This document shows positions 19,501-27,128 of a DNA stretch of 64,000 nt, one piece after another (within the stretch, counting starts at the first letter, position 1; every line of letters starts with the position of its first letter). Origin of the DNA: Verrucomicrobiota bacterium (GTDB lineage Bacteria > Verrucomicrobiota > Kiritimatiellia > UBA8416 > SLMC01); assembly GCA_030018915.1 (NCBI GenBank), contig JASEHE010000001.1, forward strand, positions 15,843 to 79,842, written 5' to 3'. A program made the position numbers and the translations under genes. The notes under the pieces were generated by a model that did no database searches, was not told the DNA's origin, and saw nothing but the letters and a program-made list of their open reading frames with translations.

Positions 19501-21035
19501 GCGGCGCTCCGCCCGCGGGCAACCCTGGAATCATCCGCATTGTCAAGGCGCCGGTGGAGACGGCGCCGGCCGGCGACTGGCTGCCGCTCCTGACGATCTC
19601 CAACATCACGACCACCACGTTCACCTACTTCACAACCAACTTCTACGACGCCACGAACCACTACGTCAGGCTCTACAGCGACACCACCGGCGTGGGCCGC
19701 GTCTGCCTCGACAACGTCCTGATCACCGCCCCCTTCGGCGCCGACATCTCCATGACCAACCTCTACATCGAGCCGGCCATCCCGCTGAACACCAACGCCG
19801 TGCACGTCTACGTGGACCTGTTCGACTTCTTCCTCAACCCCCAGAACATCGCCGTCAGCCTCCACTACTATGCCGCGCCCAACCAATGGGGCACCCTCCC
19901 TAACGGCACCCGCTTCTACCAGGGCACCAACCAGTGGGGCGCCTGGACCGGCGGATCCACGATCCCCATGACCGTCGTCAGCACGAACGGCTACTACGTG
20001 CGCTACAAGACCACGTCACCCATCCCGGTTCAAGCCATTGACCAGCCCGTCCAGTACTACGCGTCGGTCGCGTTCACCGGCATGTTCAGCGAGGCGGTCA
20101 GCCCCAGGTCCTGCAGGCAGTTCGTGAACGCGGCCCACTACTATCCGATCAACCTGAACGCCGGCCTGACCACGAACCGCATTCCCTACTACATCGTCTT
20201 CTCCTGCCTGCCGGGGCACGTCTGGATCAACGAAATCAACACCAGCGACGACTCCTACTGGCCGACGGCCGCCATGCAGTACGTCGAGCTCTGCGGGCGC
20301 ACGGGCAGCACCGTCAGCAACTGGTGGATCCAGATCTTCAGCCCCGGCTACAGCCAGCTTGCCTGGTATCGTGTGACCAATCCGCCCGCGCTGACCGACG
20401 AGAACAACGGCTACGGCTTCTGGGTGTTCGGCGACTCCCACACTCCGTCCCGCGATCTGACAATGACCGTCGAGGTGGGAAGTCCTCCCCACGAATCGCG
20501 GACGCTCCCGGCCGCCGGCGGAATCCGCCTGCGCCGGAGCATGGGCGCCTACGAGCAGGCGATCTCATACGATGCGCATGAGGGCGGCGGCGGCCGCAAC
20601 CTGGAGCCCTACGGATTCGTCTACGTCGGCCCCGACGACGACTTCCTGGACTCCCCCGTGTCCGCGTACGGGACCGGATCCAACAGCGCCGGCTTCACCT
20701 GGCGCAACGACACGACACCCTTCACACCCGGTGCCGTGAATACCGGCCAAACGCTGCTCGACTGGCGGACCGGCGGGGAACAGAACGCGCCACTCGTGGC
20801 AATCACCGCCTTCTGGATCGAGGGCGGAACCAGCGCGCACGTGACCTGCACCGGCACCAACGGCTGGTCTCCCTGGCTCTACTACTGCACGAACCTCCTC
20901 ACCACGCCCACGAACGGCTGGACTCTGGCCACAACCAACTCCACCTACGCCAACGGCACCAACCAGATCACCTCCACAGTGCTCACCAACCTGCCCGTCA
21001 TCTTCTACCGCGTCGTCGCCACCAACAGCGGCTGA
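13593..21035 (+). CDS. Giant secreted modular protein (~2480 aa) with PA14 domain, five related beta-sandwich-like modules, Ig-like spacers and C-terminal FYRV domain
   Basis: Signal peptide MRRSIGISFLLLGAMLAMAPRSRAA. Near-duplicate ~140-aa modules appear at ~13668-14090 and ~15578-16000 (YGTTVTNGDGW/SVSHCYVSNAF..CRMG.TNY...LTNG(I/F)G..SW). Further LTNGIG..SF(W/S) modules appear later. PA14 signature FAIRFTGYIYIPTNGAWLF...KLYIDG...GWHDIKVTYFNGAG...LEVRYAGPG at ~18786-19060. C-terminal ...LPVIFYRVVATNSG. Confidence 0.7.
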   Translation: MRRSIGISFLLLGAMLAMAPRSRAAYYDQDFNDFAYAYYGTTVTNGDGWAVSHCYVSNAFRYCRMGATNYQDATRLAYVISPLLTNGIGRISWETKNQQAGNNVYDLQYSTNGTAWTWGGAYTNSDVNWISNSLALISYASVYVRFIKTADPGGPNDRLYFDNIRIIPAASYVVITNIALSPDPPLTDGSVQVSATILPCAQAGNVSAWVYYATSGARPFANYASMSTTGNNYYVTSSGIPAHSQPGLTVKYYLYATFSGVTPLTPTSSPPGSVGYYWYFLRAASNESAYPNMQITGAATTNMLLAADYLWQGVITPPGPLTNPTFSFASGTNSWGDTNQPVTALPVYGAADPGANINVNETVTNYLSFLFNETNLSYSIQNSSCLNFDAWTNGTTASYGAYTNGEGWVIAGRINTLGAGETARAFINRYGILHPTLPINEPIHYLQSPQREGGIGSVSFWYRNWDAAPTNPATDAAGFTVQKSTNGAAGTWMDISPTIWQTNILSTNWLYFAASVADRKSAYVRIVNTNNTSSRSWLCLDEVVVTDPGATVDITENPRNPTTPLAGQWVDVSINVTPWGGATNLACAVYQQPEGMATVPYAMTRVAGNTFSVSLPPSPPGRVYYYYACNYGGFNATPIYYPDGAPGQTLVYTNLTDPGSARQQDFLPFNIANYGTTVTNSDGWSVSHCYVSNAFAHCRMGPTNYGGGTRFAYLASPLLTNGFGNVSWSVRNYQAGQNTYEAQYSTDQTNWVSLGAYANDSTAWVTNRVWGGIYEDSCVRIIKTGDPGEANDRLYFDDILISPPPCDVVISEPPFFTPGYPARNQPVTVSVFITDRSANYPACNRITTLHYTHSGGAGGVVAMTQGGGNAWSAVVPGFPAGVVSYYIRCCFDGYYYTNGAFSENQSPAFSPDAPPTAPEPSARHTHTIREFESDYDSIKVNLSYTNTPIAMRQLNDYEWQGILDFGYGTMDPALNLAGFSWFTQTNYWGGTNEWGDPGQTRSSLPLTGVMSAGPSNITLCGPQYGQVVIRFNESSSNYTVQRCAYQDFNRWSASSDFFEETCSSVGVTSRVQNFDTWATNPPYIQKDDFESAYWWNNIYGSHYPSWDTRLVQGPSFWTFAHYKLTNNFELAGVGKCAVLKDEANSGLFYSSYRNPIADNGHGLGFLEMDFRCQDNNWKPTLYEHNVWSNSAIEAAVTATELPISANGLMLGPSWLSLLSRYTAENNYYELRWEHTGLGPSGLGKRRLGIYRRSPDPVGFTLLESSAEYNGFLSTTNTLRFVVSAAAGGKVYLQGLLDGARVVHAIDNTGYVITDPGSIGINTRDASIMVTNITAGWAQAESFRGWPDFTEGSDTNFVTNGWAATRICDSNGSGDSWIQLRAWSAAGQPPAVVSPKLPHGLGFVNYRYKKFEGNPTLCKTQWSTNLADWVTVDACEIGGSDWQDRSFTVTNALPANIYVRFLNSTNASGVSTNLYLARIALHPSPTRGYAENFSDNQAQGWTGDPNWWKVNTNGVPRYTRTGYAAAPLKFVVSTAKESDESQLALDSPWVFNAAYTVSNVSFVHLSHPIRWAEHPGTLGEGVYVRVKHTDTDASLVVDNVQIDRWHGYTANVNGWSATECWTSMRAANDDYTAHTNCLELRHSRAYTNIYERPYSIGGQYARSPYLTNGIGVLSFSFKNVAPEPNPLDTGQPVSFDYYQGEWTNLPDFAGLTPYISGTTNNFDTAVALRPTNFAIRFTGYIYIPTNGAWLFSTESSEGSKLYIDGTELVNNDGIHAKQKISGSNTLNLGWHDIKVTYFNGAGTNAASLEVRYAGPGVSDQPIPSYAMIVEPAVVKVETAATPFPSTWNTRATYTNNCPTKWTSKSISINIPSPYIAARILHVSTNYQTGILLDNFEVNDFVERDQFTWVAYNALITSNQASRLMDIKGGYLNYDTVNQTAKPPMTNDRPYIQSANLTNGIGEISFWYRAWGGAPPAGNPGIIRIVKAPVETAPAGDWLPLLTISNITTTTFTYFTTNFYDATNHYVRLYSDTTGVGRVCLDNVLITAPFGADISMTNLYIEPAIPLNTNAVHVYVDLFDFFLNPQNIAVSLHYYAAPNQWGTLPNGTRFYQGTNQWGAWTGGSTIPMTVVSTNGYYVRYKTTSPIPVQAIDQPVQYYASVAFTGMFSEAVSPRSCRQFVNAAHYYPINLNAGLTTNRIPYYIVFSCLPGHVWINEINTSDDSYWPTAAMQYVELCGRTGSTVSNWWIQIFSPGYSQLAWYRVTNPPALTDENNGYGFWVFGDSHTPSRDLTMTVEVGSPPHESRTLPAAGGIRLRRSMGAYEQAISYDAHEGGGGRNLEPYGFVYVGPDDDFLDSPVSAYGTGSNSAGFTWRNDTTPFTPGAVNTGQTLLDWRTGGEQNAPLVAITAFWIEGGTSAHVTCTGTNGWSPWLYYCTNLLTTPTNGWTLATTNSTYANGTNQITSTVLTNLPVIFYRVVATNSG

Positions 21036-21186
21036 CGGATTTTGCGTCCTCGCTTTTGCGCCTTTTGTGTTCCTCCTGTCTCTTTTTCGGCCGGCTCGAA
21101 GCAGCTCGGACAAACAGTTTCCGGCATGTTTGATCCGCTGGTTGCCGGCGGCGGGGCCGCTGAGCAGCGGCTCGCGAAAAATCCCG

Positions 21187-23547
21187 TCAGTCGCCTGAGC
21201 CGAGCCAGCGGAAGAACTGTACAAAGCATTCATGTCGGCCGTCCTTGTTCAGGAAAGGGTCCCGCCAGATCACGGCCATCGCCCGCTGGTACCCGTGCCA
21301 GTCTCCGCCCAGCAGCCCTTTGGATCCCAAGTGGCCGCTCGTCGGCGAATACGGCCCCGCCACCACGAACACCGTGAAGAGGTTCTGCCGCGCGCCAAGC
21401 AGGCCGCACGAGTATGAGATCATTGACTCCAGCTCAAGATCGCTCTTGTTCGAGAAAGTTCCTCTGAAATCTATCCGCCCGATATCGGCGACGTTCGTGA
21501 AGGCCGATCCGGTTTTCCGCATCTCGATGAACGCGCCGGCCAGCGTCTTGGCTTCCGCTACGGTTATTTTGGTTTCCGACTCCGGATACCCCAGCGGCGC
21601 CTCGACAAAGACGGAGGCCAGCACGTTCGAGTTCATGCTGTTCGGGTTCACCAGCCCGCAGCGCGTCCCGACGCCGGGTGGCGCCGTGGTGAAATACGCA
21701 AGGACATTGTCGTATGGCGTGGTATTCGGGGAATTGGTCCCGTGCGTGAACAGACGAATGGTTCTCAGCGGATCCTTCGAGGCCCGCAGCAGGTTCCCAA
21801 GCTCTCCCGCCGACTTCAGTTGCCCCTGGTTCGACACGTGCATCAACGTATCCAAGTCTATCCCGCGCTGAGGCTGCAGCTCCCCGCGCCTGATGCGTTC
21901 TTGCGTCTTCGTATTGACTCCTCCAATCGTGTGCCCGGCGTTCGTCGTCGTCGTGTCCCAGCACAGCGGGCTCGAGCAGTCCCAGTTGACCCGGGGATCC
22001 GTGGCCTCCAGCGATTTGGGCTGCCAATCGAAGTTGCCCCCGGCCAGGCCCGACACGATGAAGCTGTTGGTCCAGGTCAACGCGATGGCGTTCGTGGGAT
22101 AAGGCACGGCGTCCACCATCGCGTTCGGCGGCCCGCCGCCAATCGCCTCTTTGCAGTACACCACGCAGCGCACCCTCAGCGTCACGGCGATCCGGTTGGT
22201 CGGCCAACAGCCGTCGATCGAGACGTCTCCCACACCCCCCCGCAAGTCCGTCGAACCGTACCAGTTCGCCTCCCCCTTGTACCCCGAATAGCGCGTTTGC
22301 GGGTACGGGGGCATCTTCTTCGTCTCCTCGGCATTCGCGGCGCTCTCGTAAGCGAAGCGGGCAAGCTCGCATTCCGTCGTCGTTTCGATGTCGAACGTCG
22401 TGTTGGTCTGGCCCCGGATGAACGGGTAGAACCACTCCACCCGGATCCGTCGCGGCGGCGTCATCGAAAAGGTCCCCCCCTCCTCGCCCGTGATGTAGTT
22501 CAGAACCACTGTGGTTGGCGCCACCTCGTTGATCATGGGCACGGATTCCGTGCAGCCGGAGTCCAGGCGCCTTGGCACAACGTCCTCGTCCACGTAGTCG
22601 AGCAGGTTCGTAAAGACAAACGGAGCGTCGGCCAAGGCGATACCGCTTTTCACCAACCGGTCAACGATATCCGCCTGCTTGGCCTCCAGCTCCGCCACAG
22701 TCCCGCCGATGTAGAACGGGGTGACGATGATGGGGGCCCCGTTGGAAAGGACCTGATTCCCCTCCGGGAACCTGGAATAGGCGACGAAATTCGATGGGTA
22801 GCAGTCCTTGTTCAACCCTTTGTCTTCCTGCATCCAGTAGAAATCCCGGATTGTCTCGTAGCGCGCGTCGTTGTTCCGGTTGCCGGTGAGCTTCCCCGAA
22901 TCCTTGATCTCGTTCAGGATGGCGTTAGTGAGGACGATCTCATGCGGGTCTGCGCCCGCCGCGCGGTTGGAGCCGCCCACGTAGTTCATGTCGAGGTAGC
23001 CGGAGATATTCGCCACGACGTAGGCCACCCAACCCTGCACGGTCCCTTCTTCTCTATCCGGCCATAGCGACTCGCCGCAGATGAGCCACTGCGAGTTGGT
23101 CTGCGACATCGGTCCCCACAGGTCCCGCGGAATCTGCTCCATGGTTTCGTCGGAAAACACCACCTTCACCCGCGAATTGTCGACGCTTCTGGCGGTCCAG
23201 TCTTCCGAGGTGAAAACCTGGAAATTGGGATAGACATCGTTGGCCAGATAGCCCGTGATCTTACCGAAATCGTTGGTGAACACGTTGGTCTGCGCTACGT
23301 TGACCGTGATGTCTTCAACGGCCCGCGCCAGGCCCACCCAGACCAGTTGCCGCGCTCCGACGCCGAAGCGGTAACTACCGGCCCCCAGGCGCTCGGTCCG
23401 CATGCTGATGGAAAAGGCAACCCCCGCCATCAGGAGAACGGCCAGAACACCCAGCACGATAATCAGCGCCACGCCCTCGCGGTTCCGTCCTTCTCGAAAT
23501 CCGCGCCCGGCAACCGGCGCGCGACAGTCCGGTTTATTTTTTCGCAT
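21187..23547 (-). CDS. Oversized GspK-like minor pseudopilin (786 aa)
   Basis: N-terminus REGVALIIVLGVLAVLLMAGVAFSI matches the GspK-type prepilin-like hydrophobic segment (no Glu+5). Last gene of a gspG-H-I-J-K-ordered operon. C-terminal ~450 aa beyond normal GspK length. Confidence 0.6.
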   Translation of the reverse strand: MRKNKPDCRAPVAGRGFREGRNREGVALIIVLGVLAVLLMAGVAFSISMRTERLGAGSYRFGVGARQLVWVGLARAVEDITVNVAQTNVFTNDFGKITGYLANDVYPNFQVFTSEDWTARSVDNSRVKVVFSDETMEQIPRDLWGPMSQTNSQWLICGESLWPDREEGTVQGWVAYVVANISGYLDMNYVGGSNRAAGADPHEIVLTNAILNEIKDSGKLTGNRNNDARYETIRDFYWMQEDKGLNKDCYPSNFVAYSRFPEGNQVLSNGAPIIVTPFYIGGTVAELEAKQADIVDRLVKSGIALADAPFVFTNLLDYVDEDVVPRRLDSGCTESVPMINEVAPTTVVLNYITGEEGGTFSMTPPRRIRVEWFYPFIRGQTNTTFDIETTTECELARFAYESAANAEETKKMPPYPQTRYSGYKGEANWYGSTDLRGGVGDVSIDGCWPTNRIAVTLRVRCVVYCKEAIGGGPPNAMVDAVPYPTNAIALTWTNSFIVSGLAGGNFDWQPKSLEATDPRVNWDCSSPLCWDTTTTNAGHTIGGVNTKTQERIRRGELQPQRGIDLDTLMHVSNQGQLKSAGELGNLLRASKDPLRTIRLFTHGTNSPNTTPYDNVLAYFTTAPPGVGTRCGLVNPNSMNSNVLASVFVEAPLGYPESETKITVAEAKTLAGAFIEMRKTGSAFTNVADIGRIDFRGTFSNKSDLELESMISYSCGLLGARQNLFTVFVVAGPYSPTSGHLGSKGLLGGDWHGYQRAMAVIWRDPFLNKDGRHECFVQFFRWLGSGD

Positions 23548-23971
23548 ATCGCCTCGCGTTCACCATATAGGCGCGGGTTATATACTGCTGTTCCATTGAC
23601 TTCGGCAACGATTCTGCGGTGCGCTGCACCCTATACGGTTTCTTCCAGGGATCGTTGAAGCCGTTGACCAGTTGCCGATCGGAAAAAGTCATGAACTTGA
23701 TGTTGTTCGTGTTGTTCCACGCCAGGATGGCCACTTGGGCGTAATCCATCTCAACCCACGCATTACCATAGGGCCACAGCTGGTAGGTGTCCCAGTAGCT
23801 CTCCCATGCCTTGGCCAGGTCCGCCGCTTCCGACCTGGCCTTTCGGACTCTGGCCATCCGCTGCGCGTGAACAAGCGCTGGAAACATAAGACCAGCCAAC
23901 ACCAGGATGATCAACACCACTACCAGTATCTCAATGAGCGTGAACGCCCGCCGCGCCGCGGCTTCCACCAT
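23534..23971 (-). CDS. Type IV pilin-like / pseudopilin protein
   Basis: Start chosen at MVEAAARRA-FTLIEILVVVLIILVLAGLMFPAL, a class III prepilin cleavage/methylation N-terminus. Confidence 0.6.
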   Translation of the reverse strand: MVEAAARRAFTLIEILVVVLIILVLAGLMFPALVHAQRMARVRKARSEAADLAKAWESYWDTYQLWPYGNAWVEMDYAQVAILAWNNTNNIKFMTFSDRQLVNGFNDPWKKPYRVQRTAESLPKSMEQQYITRAYMVNARRYAKK

Positions 23972-24063
23972 TTTGTGGCACTCATGGCCAGGCTCTTTAT
24001 TCGGCAATCGGCAATCGGCAATCGGCATTCCGTTGTGGCCCTGCCGCTCTGTGTTCATCGAGT

Positions 24064-24726
24064 TCATTGGTCCGTCCGGATGTTGTCGTCTTCCGCATCC
24101 CAGTTGCCGTCCGGCCCGCCCGATCCCGCCACGATTCGGGAGACTTGGTACGAAGAACCCATCTTAATCTTGATGTCCACGAACTGCGGGAGGTTGCTCC
24201 TGTTCATGGAATACTCCTCATCGGAGGGGCAAAATATCAGCTCATTAACGTGTTTCGCCAGGGTCCCCGATTTCTTCGGCAACTCCGTCCCTGGGTATCC
24301 CCCGCTAAGTTCGTGCCGAACCATCTCTCGCACAATCGTCTCATCCTGGTGGAAGTAACGAATCCGGTAGATCGCGCGATTAGTGTCCGTGGCATCCTCA
24401 ATCAAGTAGAAAGCGATTTTATCCGGCTCGATCGTGAACGGGAGCAGTTCGTTTGCCACGGCCTGGCACAGTTCCCGGCCCATGAAGGTCGCGGCAGCTC
24501 TCCCCTCCACGTTCAACTTCGATCTCCGCATCCCAACGTCCCAGGCCACGCGCATCTGATTGAACACGCTGCCAATCATCATCACGATCATCATCAGGAT
24601 CACTGCGGCAACGAGAATCTCCAAAAGAGTGAATCCGTTTTCCCTCAACACGCCGGCGTCCGCCGTTTTGCCCGCAAAACGGACAGTTCGAATCTCAGAT
24701 CGACTTCGTATTTCGCGCTTCAACAT
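24064..24726 (-). CDS. Pseudopilin (GspJ position)
   Basis: Start chosen at MLKREIRSRSEIRTVRFAGKTADAGVLRENG-FTLLEILVAAVILMMIV prepilin-type N-terminus. The longer ORF start would overlap the upstream gene by 40 nt. Confidence 0.55.
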   Translation of the reverse strand: MLKREIRSRSEIRTVRFAGKTADAGVLRENGFTLLEILVAAVILMMIVMMIGSVFNQMRVAWDVGMRRSKLNVEGRAAATFMGRELCQAVANELLPFTIEPDKIAFYLIEDATDTNRAIYRIRYFHQDETIVREMVRHELSGGYPGTELPKKSGTLAKHVNELIFCPSDEEYSMNRSNLPQFVDIKIKMGSSYQVSRIVAGSGGPDGNWDAEDDNIRTDQ

Positions 24727-24730
24727 AACC

Positions 24731-24756
24731 GCCCACCGACTACCGACCACCGATAC
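24731..24756. repeat. ACCGAC heptad repeat (x3) copy between two pseudopilin genes
   Basis: CCCACCGACTACCGACCACCGATACT in the 30-nt gap between the GspI-position and GspJ-position genes. Confidence 0.45.
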
Positions 24757-25319
24757 TACGGCATTCCGCCGTAGAAGAACTCCGTGTAGAACCATTGCGC
24801 CTCATTCGTGACGAAATGGTTCCCAAAACACACCCTGAGATCCGCGACCCGCACATGCTTGTACCGATCTTTGCCGAACGGCTCCCCCTGCATGTCCACG
24901 ATCACGTTGGTGACCGCCAGGATGTAACACATCCCCACTCCTTGCTTGAGGAAATTGGCGATCTTCTGCTGCCGGCCGTCCCCGATCAAGTACGTGGAAC
25001 CTGGCTGGTAGTAAATCGGAACCTTGTCCACCACCTGCTGCTGGAAATCGTCCTGATTGGTCCACACCTGGAAGTCCGACACCTTCATCGCTTCGGCGCG
25101 CAGTCCGGTCAATGCCTGCTCGGCGAACAGGCCGATGTGCGTGTCCTCCACCGCGAGGTCGGCTTGCTTGAGCCCAGCCGGAAACAGGGCAAAAAGCGTC
25201 AGAACTCCAGCGCCGACGAGCAGCACGGCCAGACTGACCTCGACCAGGCTGAATCCTCCATTCGACCGAGGCAGCGCCGGTCGTCCGATCGTCGCGTTGA
25301 GATGCGGTTCGTTCGCCAT
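24756..25319 (-). CDS. Pseudopilin (GspI position)
   Basis: MANEPHLNATIGRPALPRSNGG-FSLVEVSLAVLLVGAGVLTLFALFPAGL prepilin-type N-terminus. 187 aa. Confidence 0.6.
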   Translation of the reverse strand: MANEPHLNATIGRPALPRSNGGFSLVEVSLAVLLVGAGVLTLFALFPAGLKQADLAVEDTHIGLFAEQALTGLRAEAMKVSDFQVWTNQDDFQQQVVDKVPIYYQPGSTYLIGDGRQQKIANFLKQGVGMCYILAVTNVIVDMQGEPFGKDRYKHVRVADLRVCFGNHFVTNEAQWFYTEFFYGGMP

Positions 25320-25358
25320 GGTTGCGCCCCCGCGCCGTCAATGTTCGGTTTCTTACGG

Positions 25359-26069
25359 CTATTCCGAGATTTCCACAAGGCCCGTCAGCCCCAGTACGCG
25401 GATTTCCCGGCGCCCTGCTCCATTCTTCTCCTTGATCGTGATTACGTAATTGGCGGCGCCCGACTTCGGCGTGGCGCCGTCCGGAAAGAATATAATCCCC
25501 TCCGGCGCATTGTTCTCTTCCGCATTGTCGAACTTCAAGGTGGACGGCAGGAACTGAATCTCGTGGGCCAGCCATCCGAACTTGTCGCCTCTGTTCCAAA
25601 AATCCCTCTTGCCGCCGGTCAACTTCCCACCCACGACAGTGAGCGTTTGGGGGCTGTTGTCGGCCACCACGCCCCAACTCCCGGCCGTCAGGTTATAGAT
25701 TGTGCCGCCTTTCAGAGTGTCGTTCCACCGGGGATATCCTGAGTCCAACTGCGCGACGCCATCCTCTCCGTAATGGCGCCCGGCTTCCGAACAAACCCAG
25801 TAGCGGGCATTGAGCCCGTCGGTATTATCCTGCCGGAAGAACACGTATGTGCTCGCCCCGTGCGTCATGGCATGCTGCCGAGCCAGGCTGATGACGCGGT
25901 GCAGGTTCGAGAGCCCCCCCCGGATCGCGGAACCTCGTACGATTCCGAACCAGGCCGCCATCGCCATCCCCATCACAATGAATATGATGGACATGACGAT
26001 GAGCAGCTCAAGCAGGGTGAACCCTGCCCGATGCTTCCCGGCTGCCCGCCGAATTCCAGCCCGCGTCAT
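25359..26069 (-). CDS. Pseudopilin (GspH position)
   Basis: Start chosen at MTRAGIRRAAGKHRAG-FTLLELLIVMSIIFIVMGMAMAAW prepilin-type N-terminus. Confidence 0.6.
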   Translation of the reverse strand: MTRAGIRRAAGKHRAGFTLLELLIVMSIIFIVMGMAMAAWFGIVRGSAIRGGLSNLHRVISLARQHAMTHGASTYVFFRQDNTDGLNARYWVCSEAGRHYGEDGVAQLDSGYPRWNDTLKGGTIYNLTAGSWGVVADNSPQTLTVVGGKLTGGKRDFWNRGDKFGWLAHEIQFLPSTLKFDNAEENNAPEGIIFFPDGATPKSGAANYVITIKEKNGAGRREIRVLGLTGLVEISE

Positions 26070-26085
26070 TGCGGCTTGCCTCCTG

Positions 26086-26511
26086 TCAGTCTTTTGCCGA
26101 CTGGTCGTTGACCACTGCGTTCGTTTCGGACACCGTGATACTGTAATACACGCCATAGGGGTCCTTCACGGAGCCCTGGCTGTCGCGATTGAACGTGCCC
26201 TTGTTCAGGTATCGCATGTTCGCGGAATTGGCGCCTTCCAATAGTTTGACCACCAGGCAGTTGTCTTCCTCGTATGTCTTCCAGCCCTCCGGCGACGGCT
26301 TGGGCCATGTCATCTCCTCCAACTTGTAGGCTTTCAGGGCAGCGATGAGCGCCTTCTCCTCCAGTTCCTTTTGCCTGCGCTTCGCGCTTTCTTTGGACGG
26401 CTGCAACACGGGCAGCAGCAGGCCGATCAGGATCGTAATCACCACGATCACCATGAGCAGCTCGATCAGCGTGAAGCCCCGCCGCGCCGCGAATCGAAAC
26501 GTCCGGGTCAC
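26086..26511 (-). CDS. GspG-like major pseudopilin / type IV pilin
   Basis: 141 aa. MTRTFRFAARRG-FTLIELLMVIVVITILIGLLLPVL, the canonical prepilin leader + Phe+1/Glu+5 + hydrophobic helix. Size typical of GspG. Confidence 0.7.
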   Translation of the reverse strand: MTRTFRFAARRGFTLIELLMVIVVITILIGLLLPVLQPSKESAKRRQKELEEKALIAALKAYKLEEMTWPKPSPEGWKTYEEDNCLVVKLLEGANSANMRYLNKGTFNRDSQGSVKDPYGVYYSITVSETNAVVNDQSAKD

Positions 26512-26517
26512 GAGTCG

Positions 26518-27033
26518 TCACTCCTTCCAACTGCAGATGTCGTCGGCCGTGTGCGAAACCCCGTCCGGCCCGTCCGACCAGACTGCCACGTTGACGCCGA
26601 TCCACGGCCCACCCCCATTCAATTGCACTCGATTGTCCATGTCCGTGTCGAGCGCCACTTTGTAGACGCCCTTGGTGGTGTTTGGAACGCCCCAGGGATC
26701 GCAATAGTAAATTGTGTTGGTCCTCACGTCGAGGAACGGGATGTTCCACGGATTATTGGGGTGGGCGTTCGTGGAATCAGCGGTGACGCCTCTCAGAATG
26801 GACAGGGCGTTCGAATCCATCATGGCGATCGGCATTGGCGGAAAGGTTTTGTAGCTCAGCAGATAGGCTTTCCACGCTTCGTCGAGTTCCTTCACTTCCC
26901 GTTTGGCACGGGCGACTCTAGCCTTCTTCCGCGAATGCATGACGACCGGCAGCATCAAGCCCAGCAGGACGCCGATGATCGCGATGACCACCAGCATCTC
27001 GATCAAGGTAAAGGCTTCGATTCGCCTACCCAT
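26518..27033 (-). CDS. Type IV pilin-like protein
   Basis: Start chosen at MGRRIEA-FTLIEMLVVIAIIGVLLGLMLPVV. The upstream part of the longer ORF is R/G/A-rich and non-protein-like. Confidence 0.55.
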   Translation of the reverse strand: MGRRIEAFTLIEMLVVIAIIGVLLGLMLPVVMHSRKKARVARAKREVKELDEAWKAYLLSYKTFPPMPIAMMDSNALSILRGVTADSTNAHPNNPWNIPFLDVRTNTIYYCDPWGVPNTTKGVYKVALDTDMDNRVQLNGGGPWIGVNVAVWSDGPDGVSHTADDICSWKE

Positions 27034-27128
27034 CACACTGTTCCTTTCCGAAGCCCGCGCGGCGCCTCGTATCCCGCAACTTCGCTCCGCCGCCTTGCTG
27101 GAGACTGTGGAAAGGGCCGCCGGACTCT

